Of a stretch of DNA of 47,408 bases, positions 1 through 10,800 are shown one piece after another (within the stretch, counting starts at the first letter, position 1; every line of letters starts with the position of its first letter). This stretch comes from Spirogloea muscicola (Eukaryota), in NCBI GenBank assembly GCA_009602725.1, contig WELB01000012.1:653235-700642 (forward strand), in the 5' to 3' direction. The notes under the pieces are model-generated. The model had not been told where the DNA came from, did no database searches, and saw only the letters and a list, made by a program, of their open reading frames with translations. The position numbers were made by a program, and so were the translations under genes.

Positions 1-313
1 CACTCTCCCCCCCACCCCCACCCCCCCCCCCCTCTTCATTCTCCCCTCCCCTTCACCACCTCCGCCCAACCACCCTTCCCCTCTTCCGTTGCTCGTTGTT
101 CGTTTGTCTGGTTCTCCTCTCCTCCCATGGGCCCCCCCACACTCGGCCCTCGTCTCTCCTGGCCTCTCCCTCTCTCTCTCCCCTTACTTTTCCGCCCTAA
201 TAGTGCTCTTTGCGTTCCTCATCCCTCTTTCGCTCCTCCTCGACCTCAACCTTGATTGCTACAGCAATGAAGTTCCGCTGAGCTAAAATTCTTTCTGGGC
301 ACTTTCGAGTCAG

Positions 314-1604
314 ACGACTTCAAGCCGGCGTCGATCGATGGCGGCAAGCCAGGGCGGCTGGTGCGCAGCGCTGGCAGTGACAAGGTGTCAGTGGAGTTCC
401 CCACCGCCGCGGCTGCGGCCGATGGTGGCTCTGCCGCCGGCGTCGTCGCATTTGAGGGCCGCCACGAGCAATGCAAGGAGCTAGAGGGCATCCTCTTCTT
501 CGATGGCGCTGGCTTCACACTGCACCATGTCCATCGCGCTGTCAAGGGCCTGAGGGTCGTCCGCAACGCTGAGAAGGGCGGCCGCCGAGGCACCGCCGCC
601 GCCGCGGGCCCGCCGCCCGCCTCCTCGGCAGGCGGCGGCGGAGGTGGTGGACTTGTGGACGTTGAGGTGGCTGAGTTGGCGGCCGAGAACGGCGGCGCCA
701 GCAGTGCTGGCGTGGACGAGGCTGAGGATGGCGGCGCCAGCCCTTACGTCGAGCCCGCCGAGGAGGTCAGGCCGCCGCTTGCCACCTCTGGTGACTATCA
801 ACATAACAGCCATCTGCTTGGCGGGAAATCTTGCTGATCCCTGAAATACGGGCTGACACAGATTGTGCCGCCATGTGGCAGGTTGTGAACACCGGCGAGG
901 ACCGCCCACTTCAGCGGCTTCTGACAGGAGGTCTGGTTGGCGGCTAAGGGCCGTGGTTGATCTGTGGTCAGACTTGCAGGCTAAGATTAGTGACCCCAAG
1001 AAGTTAGCTGGCGGTGCTGATGACCCGCCGTTTGTTGGCTGCCTCAGGAAAGGAAAAGCGGCATCAGCTGCCAAAGGATTCAGCCGCGAGGGCCACCAGC
1101 AGCGGCCGCCAAGCGGCGCCAGGTGGTGGCGGTGGCAGCAGCACGACTGCAGACAGGAGTGCCAGGGCTGCTGCGCATGCAAACGGGCCACGGCCAAAGA
1201 CAGGGAAGGCTGCAGCACCGGTCGTGGTGGCATCTGCGCTGGATCCTGCCAAGAGGGCACGGACCAGCATTGCAGAGCAGATCGACGTCCGGACCAGAGC
1301 CGAGGCGGTGGTAGCGGCCGAGGACGAGGAGGTGGAGGAGGAGGTGGTGGTGGAGGAAGTGGAGGAGGAGGAGGTGGAGGACAGCGGAGATGATGGCCGC
1401 AGCGGCAGTGGACGACTGCCAACACCAGCGACAGAGGCGGCTGCTGCAGGGAGAGCGTCAATGCCAGGTGGTGGCGGAAGTGGCAGTCAGGTCGATGGCG
1501 GCAACAATACGAGCAGCGCAGAGTCAAGCAGCGATAGCGGGAGTGAGGAGGATGAGGAGGACGAGGAGGAAGACGGCTCGGCAAGCTCTGGCGATGACAT
1601 CTGA
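314..1604 (+). CDS. EAF: ELL-associated factor (EAF family transcription elongation factor), 5'-partial; exons 314-790 and 1048-1604
   Basis: After acceptor cag|314 the frame reads (Y)DFKPASID...VSVEF...FEG...ILFFDGAGFTLHHVHRAVKGLR, the EAF domain signature. A phase-1 GT-AG intron (791-1047) joins to a Ser/acidic low-complexity tail ending at TGA 1604. The first exon is not recognisable in the window. Confidence 0.8.
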
Positions 1605-3736
1605 CATAGACTCGTTGCTGCCCACATTGCCCGCTACTGCACCGGATGCCTGCATTACAATGTGTGCACAGTGGAAGCTCAACCCTGCCACCGCCTATCG
1701 ATAGGGTGCCGTCACGCCTGCAAAAATAGGCCATTGCCTCGAGATAGTGATGCGTGTGCCTGCTATATGGCACCAATTTTGAGCTCAGCAGTGAACTGCT
1801 GCTTAGGGGCCACCCATGCCGCTGCTGTTGGTTAGTGGCACAGAGCAAACAGCAGCAATCTGCAGCCTCAGGCAGGTACAGCCCGAGCACGACGCCTGGG
1901 CTGACAGAACACCAGTCACATATGCGCCCTTTCCTGCCTACAACATCCGGGATTGCCAGCCTGCTGCTGGCAATGCTTGTGGGGCGGAAGCCCAGAGCCA
2001 GGCCAGCAGCAGCTGCTGATGCAGGAGCCTGGAAGGTCCAAGTTTTCATGCCGAGAAGTGGCATGAAAGCCTGTTCCCATTTGAAATGCATTTGCTGTTC
2101 GCGTGCAGTGCGGGTGAGTACAACAGGTCATAGGACCACAGAGCAACTGAGTGGCGGAAAGCTCTTAGACTGCTGGTCAAGGTGGCAGCTCTTTCTGCTC
2201 AACTGCAGCGCATGTACGTATTGCTCGTTGCAACTCATGTGAGTGAGAATACTTGTCCAAGGTAAGAGCCTTGAGCAAACATCAAAGCTGGTCCTCTAAG
2301 GGCCTGCTATGTCCTCTGGGGCACAAATCCTTGTGATGGACTGCATAGCAGGCACAAAAGCACACAGAAATGTGAACTTTCAGAGGAGCGTATCCATCCA
2401 CGTGCACTGACAGCAGTCTACAGCAAGCAGCAGACAATGTTTGTATTGCAAAGTGCATTGTATATGTGAAGCACACATAGAGCAGAGTGGAACTGAATAG
2501 GGCAGTCACACTACAGTAGTCAGCTTTGCTTGCCATAAAAAATAGAATAATGATACAGGAAAGCTACATAAATAGTCACTAGAGGTTGGGTCTTCTGATA
2601 TGGCTTTGTGACCAGCACCTGAGCACTTCAGCAAGTGCTGTCTCTTTGATATAGGCCCTTCTGTTGTCAGCATTCAGCAAACTCATGCAGCAATTGCTGC
2701 AAGTTGTCAGAGTGCTCCATATCTGGGTCGCAGCACGAACACAATCAGTTGTTATGTCACCACCTCCTGCACTGCCCAAGCAGCTGCTCTCATCCCTTGT
2801 TCCGGAGCCCACATTGCCACTTCTGTCGTCACCGCTGCCTTTATCTGAGCTCCTTCTCCTGCCTTCTTCCAGACCTTCCCTGTTCATTTCCTCGGTCACT
2901 CTATCTTGCGCCAATACATCAATGTCTGCACCACAATAACATATCCCATAACCGCTTCCGCACTTGCTGCTGCAACTGATGTTGCGCCTTCCCGCCGCTT
3001 TCTCTGCTGCCTCTCCTCATGCAGTACTGCCGTAGATGTCCGCCACAGCCACTGCTGCTGCCTCCAGGTACACGCAATCCCTCATCTCCGTTGATGCCAG
3101 CTCATCATGTAGTGTGGTGCTGACGTAGCTGCTACTGCAATTGCAGCAGTTCTGCCCAACAGGCTCCACCAATTACAGGATGCGTCACGCGCCGGCTAGC
3201 GCAATCCTGCCTGTACGCCAGAACCCAACGTCGCAGTCTCTTCCAGTAGTCGTGTTGCCAAGGCATAGGCTGCATCAGCGTGTGGTGTGGTGAGGGCCAT
3301 CCCCCAACCAGTGCAAGCCGGTAGCGCAACCAACATTGGCCCCCAGTCACAACCAATCCCCAGTAAGAGCCAGCCACTATGCGAGCCTTAACGACCAAGC
3401 CCTGCTTGTCACCCACCAAAAACCTTAGCTGCTACCTACAATTTAACTAGGGCTTGCCAAGAACTTCAACTGGCTGGTCACAACGCAAACAGTGACAAGT
3501 GGCGCTATGTGCATGATGTACAATCTCAGTACTTTGACTTGCTACAAGCAGAAGCTCATGCAGAAGCTCATGCTTGCATGCACATATCGCACTCACCCGC
3601 CTATGATTGTCGTCATCAGCAAAAAAAGTTCCATCGCGTCAGTGTCCAATATGGCATAAGCAGTCACTGCTGACAAAAGTCAGCCATGAAGAGGCACAGG
3701 CGGCCTGGCGGGATGTCATGGCCACTTGGAGGGATC

Positions 3737-6700
3737 CTAAGACCCCCGCAGGAGGTCTAGCTCCAGATCCTCTGCTAGCGCCGCAACATCATCCGGCTCA
3801 AAGTCATCCTCCTCCCAGTCGCTGCCCGCCTCCTGCCGCATGTTGTCTTCCACTGTGGCAGCCTCAGTGTCACTCACACCTGCGGGAGCTGTGGATATCC
3901 CCACGGGTGCTGTGCAGTTTGCTGCTATTTCAGCTGGCAGCCTATTGTCGTCCTGGTCGCTGCCAAGAATGTCCAGGTTCCCAACTTTGCCCTGGCTGAC
4001 CAAAGGCTGGGCAGACGAAGCATCTGTCACGTCCCTGTCACTGTCAGCTAGAGTACCCAAGCTCGTCGACGCGCAGGTCCACAGCAGGTGTGAGCCCCCT
4101 GCATCGGCAATTCAGGAGTAAACTGCTGCTTGATGACTGTCTATGCCTGTTGCAGCTGCTGCTCCACAGGCTTTTATGTATGACAACTTGTAGCACTTGA
4201 AACCTCTCACATTTAGTCAACATTATACACTGGAAGCTTTCTCAAAGTGTTCCAGAGTACTTGCAGGCAACACACCTGCTGAATCTTCGTCTCCAAGCCC
4301 CTCGTGGACCTCATCCTGCCATTCACCGATCGAAGTACAATGCAACTTGCTGGATAGGTGAGTGATCAGCACTCCCTATGCACTCATCCTCAGCGGTCTC
4401 TATCAGGTTTGCACCATGGCTCGACGACTGGAGTGATACGCTCCATAACGAGTAGTGGGGGCTCCAAACAGTGAGCTACAAAGTCAGCCATGCATCGCTC
4501 ACCTGCAGCTCCTCCACTTCTCGCGCATGCCGCTCGGCAGCAAGCTTCAGTGCAGCCTCACGGCTGGTGTCCCAAGCCCCTGCTTCTCTCAGAAGCTGCG
4601 CACCAACTTCGCCCGCCAGCTCACTTTGAGCAGGTGGAGCCTGCTCCTTGGCCAACTCCTCGTCCTCGCCTCCTGTGCATGACCGCCAGTGTACGAGGCA
4701 TGAGAGAGCAGTCAGAGCAGCCTCAGTGACTTGTAATAACGGTCTCCTCTTGCACGTCACGGCCAGGCAAAGATCAAAACCCAACAACGATTCACGCCCG
4801 ACATTTGCCTCCTCAAGACCAAAGCACAAGCTCTATTGCAGAGACCCCAGCTTTTTCATTGACCTTCCTCCCGAATCCTATATCTTGCCATCTCTTTGCA
4901 GCGGTCCCTTGCCTTCTGCTAGCTATTCAGACTTGCATCTACTGACTAGAGGTTACTGAGAGTCCGCTTGCTGCCATCTCAGTAATTAGCACTCCGGCTC
5001 CTTCAGACCTTGTCCATTCCTTTGGGCTGGCCTCTCCCAGCCACCAGTCAATCTGGCCGCGCTTGCTCCTATATCTTGCAGAAGGTCCAGGTCTTACACC
5101 TTACTCCATTCTTGGCCGAAACTCTTGGCCGAGGAGCATAATGCTAGCAGCAAACAGATCTGGGTAGTAACATGATCAGGAGCAAGAAGACTACTGGAAA
5201 TGCAGTTACCTGTGAACACCCGTTGCCTGACTGCCGCGTAGGCTTGGCAAAGACTGTGCAGCTGATGTAGGCCGAGCTCCTCCACCTGCCACAGCCCACA
5301 AAGCCCAGAAGCACGTAAGGCTACTGGCTGCGTCTGCGTACTGGATTTTCTTAGATAGCTCTTCAGCCAGGCTTAGCTGCAATCAGATTATACTCTGGTA
5401 ACCCCGCTACAAGCCACCTTCCAAGGTCATATGAAAGCACCTGGTCTCAAGGGCATCGAGCACTTCATACCAGGCTGTCCTCAAGGTGGTCCGACAACGG
5501 CATCCGCGACAGCAGCCTGGCAGGTAGACCAACGGCCAGGACACTCAAGAAGGTAAGCTATGCGAGCCAGGTCAGGTAAGCCCTCATGCAAATGAGATTC
5601 ACTGGTGCCTACCTGACATGCATAGGAACGTACTGTTTTGCAGTGGGAGGTGATAGAGCTGCTAAGAAGAGACAAGTTTTGTTTGCTGAGCTGCAGGCCA
5701 TTCAGCTCAGAGCAATGATGTTCAGCCAGATTGCACGAGCTCCTAATGCAGCACCACGAACAGATGACAGCGTGTGCATCTTGCAGGATCTCTCATGCGC
5801 GCAGGCAAAACGACGCAGGCAGGCGCGAACCACAGAGACGTACTGCTCCCGCATGATCTTGTTGAGAGCGGCCTCCCGAGCTCGGGCTGCCCACCGAGCG
5901 ACGGCCTTGCTCTGGTCGCAGTCCACGGCGCCGAGAAGGAAGGCATGCTCAGCCAGCATCCGGCGCAGCACGGCGGCGACTTCCCAGGGGCCCTCCATGC
6001 GGGCCATTTCGGCAAGGTTCTGCAGCCGACGGAGCTTGGCTGCAAGTGGGGTCACACTTCATGGCGAGGTCAGAAGTCAGCTCGCATGAAGGAGCCCAGG
6101 TTCGCAGACAAGGAGATCTAGGATACAAGCACTGAGTTTCGTATGTGTCTCGCAATCACAGCGCATTGGCACCGAGAAGGCTGAGTGCTGCGATCACCCA
6201 CCGAGGCTGATGTAGATCCTGACAGGGGCCGCCGCCGGCGGCTGCGTGTGGTAGAGGCAGTAGAGGGCGTACAGCGCGCCCGCCTCTGCCAGGACCGTCG
6301 CGCCGGCCCGCAGGTGCTCTGCATCGACCAGGACAGCTTGTTGGGGTCAGTGAGGCTGCCAGCTGCTCCGGCGAGCAGCGCCTGCTGCTGCTTGGCCGTC
6401 AGCCGATAGGAAAGGCAGGCATGGACTTCAGCTGCAGGCTGGGGCACGAGCAGCGGTGTTACCGCCTTGCATGGATGACACATTCTGCCGCACTCTGCAC
6501 TGACGAGTTTACTTTGTCAGCACCATCATACTTGCACACGGTCTTGCGATTCAGAAGGCAAGGAGGCTCAGGGCTCTTGGCCGCAGCAGCCGGCGTCTCC
6601 GGCTGGCGCCAGATCGAGGGGAGTAGAGTGCGTACTAAGAGATGAAGGGCCTCCTGCGTGGCCAAGTACGATTGATGGAGCGGGAGAGGCCCTCACCTAG

Positions 6701-6970
6701 CGCGGCGGCGTAGAGCTGCTGCAGGAAGCGGGCGCGGGAGGTGCCCCGCGGCCGGCCCTCGTGCACCAGCGCGAAGCTGCGGGCGCGCCAGGCCGACTTG
6801 AAGGCCGCCAGCGTCGCAGCGGGCCCGGCCTGCGCGCAGCCTCCGGTCAGCGCACTGGGGCGGCGGGCGCTCACCGCCGCCTCGTAGGCCGCCAGCAGCG
6901 CGTCCACGTCCTGGACGTGAGCGGGGCGCTCGAGCGCCTCAGCGGGGCGCGGCGGCAACGGCGGCGCCAT
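3737..6970 (-). CDS. SNAPC1: snRNA-activating protein complex subunit 1 (SNAP43 / plant SRD2-like)
   Basis: Spliced exons (6970-6697 with a probable internal 45-nt intron, 6318-6202, 6039-5844, then further exons near 5680, 5285-5210, 4671-4503, 4300 and 4100-3737) give DVDALL...TLAAFKSAWRARSFALVHE...FLQQLYAAAL|...GALYALYCLYHTQP...VRIYISL|...VLRRMLAEHAFLLGAVD, typical of SNAPC1. The C-terminus is acidic (EDLELDLL). The 3' exon boundaries are less certain. Confidence 0.8.
4965..5068 (+). repeat. Dispersed repeat copy A (in a SNAPC1 intron)
   Basis: 104-bp ungapped reverse-complement match to 7064-7167, with 11 mismatches by manual count. Confidence 0.9.
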
Positions 6971-7063
6971 AGCCGCCACCGGCGGGCTATGACGAGGCGG
7001 CTGCCGAGCAGTGCATTTGGCTGCTGACGTTAGTAAAGCGGCGAGAGCGGGGCTACACAAAGA

Positions 7064-7167
7064 GAGCACGCGCGGCCAGATCAACTGGTGGCTGGGAGAG
7101 GCCAGCCCAAAAGAATGGACAAGGTCTGAAGGAGTCGGAGTGCGAAGGACTGAGACAGCAGTAAGCG
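7064..7167 (-). repeat. Dispersed repeat copy B (just upstream of the SNAPC1 ATG)
   Basis: Inverted copy of 4965-5068. Core (minus strand): ctccttcagaccttgtccattcttttgggctggcctctcccagccaccagttgatctggccgcgc. Confidence 0.9.
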
Positions 7168-7827
7168 CACACAAAGCGCAGCCCTTCGCTAAGCTTGAGG
7201 GGGCTAAGTTAAGCAATCACACAGACATAGCTCCTCTGATGCAAGGCAATGGCCTCAGGACGGTCTTCCCAGTAGAAGACAGCTCCTCCAATGTACGGCA
7301 GTGGCTGTGAGTGGCCAGCGCAGAGAAGGAATGAACTAAAGTTTAAACAGGCCAGAAAAGCGCTAAAGCACACGGCGACTCAAGCAGCCATTGGGTGCTC
7401 AGCAGTCCCTGTGAGAGGCCAGTCCCAAGGGATGTGCAAGGTCCACAATGGCCAGAACGTAACTGTGCGAACGCCGGCTGAAGGGGGACTTTAATACGCA
7501 CAAGTGAGCACAAGCAAGCAGATCCGACAGGCTGGTTGTGGATTGAAGTATATGACGTCTTGACATTAGCTTTGATGCATGCGACCTTTTCATTTACCAA
7601 AGTAAAGGACACACATTGACAAATTTGGCCAGAGGACAGAGCCTCAAAGCCTCAAGACAGTTCTTAGAAATTATGCCCTCAGGTGCTGCACAAATCAGGC
7701 TGGCAAACAATGGTCACCACATATGTAGCAAACAACAACGTGCTCGTCCATCTGTGCCCGATGCAGATATTGCAAAATTTGGCATGTTGGTTCGCAAAAA
7801 TGGCCCATCATTTAGGGCACACTTCCT

Positions 7828-10800
7828 TCACCGACCGTGGCTGTTGTAAGGATCCATGCCAACGATTGAGGATTGCCCAACAAGGACCACCTTATCTACT
7901 TCCAGTTCAGAAACGCTTTCTTCCGGTTCATCTGCAGCTCCATTCTTGTCTGATGGGACACTGGGTACGCTTGAAGGTTCACCAGCCTTGTCTTCTCTCA
8001 CGGGAATGATATCAGCTTCTTCTTCAATCGGGTTAGCATAGGTAGCAGGATCCAACGACGTTGAAGTAGAGAAAGACACCTCAAAATTAGGGCTCACATT
8101 TACTAAATGACCAACTTCGTCAACTGCGTGGCGCTCCTCCACACCTGTGGCCTCCTCAACATTTGACCACTCTTGGTCCACGACCTTCTCTGTCATGCCA
8201 CCATAGTGTTGCGCAACAACCTCCGGAATCCCATTTGCCTGACTATCTATTGCTGGCGGCAAAACACCAACAGAAGGTTCTTGCGGCAGAAGTTGCTGCC
8301 CGATATCTCCTCGGCATTCCTGAGCAATACTATCTTCAATCAAGGATGTCGAAGCAGCCACAGAGAAGTGTGCATTTGTGGAACATATCTCATCCTCCTC
8401 AGCAACTGGAGCTGCTGCAGCTACATCTCCACTCTCTGGTGTAGCATCATCAGCAGCTGTAAGCTTATCATCAGCAGCTGTAAGTTCTTCCTTGTCAGAT
8501 GTCCGAGTCACAGATGCTGTTGACGGGTGTGCCTCAAGGATATCTGGTTGCTGCTGCAGTTGCTCAAACAGAGCGCTTGTACGGGGCTGCAACCTATCCT
8601 GCTCAACCGAGACCCATGTAGATGGACCGTATGGCCCTGATGAGAAATCATCCCAGTCCTCATCTTGGTCCCCCACGGTGTCCCTCACCTCTCCCTGTGC
8701 TGGCTCACCTTGCATATCTTGAGACAAATGACCGACAGTATCTGCTGATTGGCCTGCAGCCGTAGAGTCTTCTGTGGAGGAATGCAAGTTGCTGTTGTCC
8801 ACTGTCGTCTGAAAATCATCCCAGTCGTCGTCTATCTCTTGCTGCTCGGTCGCACCCTGCGGCCTTGCCTGAGAGGGTCCAGGCTCCACCTCAGAGGACA
8901 CCTGGCCTGGGCTGTCTTTGGCTGCAACAGACAAAGCAGTCAAAGGTCGAGGCTCCCCGGTTGCTGCCCTTGCTTCACTTGACACAGGTGCAGCCAGGGT
9001 TTGAGATTTATCCCTATCCTCCTGGATGTCCAAGCTTTGACCCTGCAAAGAAGCTGATGCGAGAGGGTCGCCTTCATTGCTCGACGTTGGAGTATAAGGG
9101 GACCTGAAGTTGTCCCACTGTTCCTCATCGCCTTCCTGGAAGTCCACGACGTGGCTCTGCTTTGGAGCTGATGGGAGGGGTACTACCAATCTGAAGGGAC
9201 TTGTAGCTGCCGGGAGTGGTGGCTTCATGGCTGCAGTGGGCACTTTAGGTTCCTGCTGGGGCACCGAGCTCCTGATCATTGCCTGCACCATGACAAATGG
9301 GCAGCCTAGCTCACATCTCACCTCTGGGCTTGCAGTATCGTTGACGGTGGCATGCAGCCGCCTAGATATGACATGCTAGTTTTGTTCCCACTTTACCACT
9401 AAACTACCACGGGCATGACCTGGCAAAGTACCTGGAGCTCTCGCCGACTTTGTTCATCAAGTGAGGCAACCGCTGTTCGAAATTGTTGAGCAGCTGTTGG
9501 AGTTGCTACGAGGTGCGTCACCAGCTTCACGGCCAAGGATGCAAGGCCTGCCTGAGCCTGTCAGGAAATAGGAAGAGAAGCTAGAATCAATTGCGCAATG
9601 ACTCCCCCTTATCTTGCAGTACTGCTTGCAGCAGAGGGTATGATTAACAGTAGATGCCACATAGCCAAACGAACACTAGCAAGACAAGTGGCAGTCTAAA
9701 ACCGTTGGAACACTGCTCAAAGACTAGCCTTGATTGATCATGAGGATGGTGAAGCACACATATGAAGGTTGTGAAGGAGCACATCACTGAGATAAGCAAG
9801 CAAGAATCGGCAACGTACCATTTCACTACCAGTTGACAGGCCTGACTGGCCCCCGGACACAGCGACCGCACAGTGCAGAAGCAGCAGAAGTACAGCCACC
9901 TGTGCGGCCTCTCCTTCCACCAGACTATGCAAGAGCAGTAGTACCTTGAGGACCTCTCCCAACACTCCTGCAGTTGTGCTTCCAAGAGGCATCTACATTG
10001 CCAAGCCCGTCAATCAGGTACGGTGCAACAAGCTCGTGCAATTGCTGGGCTTGAAGATAGCACATGCCCAAGCAATATCAGCAACCTAGCATAGTAACCA
10101 ACAAGAATTTAGGGCAGGAAGAGTACAGCTCAATACAAACTCTAGATATGATGGGCATCTGTGCCAGCAGTGACACCTGCAAATAGTAAGGAGGCTCTCC
10201 AGTTCATAATTGCTTCATCTAAATAACAGGCACTACGGTATGATGTCAAGCTTGATACCTGACAGGCATTGTACACGAGCTCCACTGCTGACAACCCAAG
10301 AGCTTGTGTGCACAATAGAGACCACCTGTGCTTTGTGCCACGTGGAATTTCAGCAGATCCAGCTTGGAGCAAGGCTTTGAGTGCTTGCAACCCAGCCATC
10401 TGTACCTGCACAAGCATATCGTTGTTTGTTCCAGTAAGTCAAGACCAGGAAGAGACAGATGTTGCACCACAGCTATGAGTGCTATAGCTTCACAGGCATC
10501 CATGACAGACATGCCGTTTACAACAATTGCTCTTGACTGTCGTACAAAATACATAGCCACAACCTGTGTGCTTGGCGAGGTGAATGTCGAGAGAAAGCAG
10601 GCCACACATCTCCTATGAGCTATGTGGCTGAGGCTTCCAGTCTCTGCTTTCGTTGACGAAGTCAAGGAGGTTGCCAGCATCCCCATGGTTGTCAGAAGCA
10701 CGGGCAGTCGCATTGCTACTTCACCATAGACATCAATTTGAGGCCGACTCCTCTCGGAAATGCTGGGCCGACGGAAGATGCCAGAAATGATGCGATCCAC

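Noticed and set aside
1..250. C/T-rich stretch with a 65-aa ORF
   Set aside because: Low-complexity, likely low-quality contig end or EAF intron; no coding signal.
481..2091. 536-aa minus-strand ORF
   Set aside because: Antisense shadow of the GC-rich EAF gene. It is low-complexity, has no domain and crosses EAF intron and UTR.
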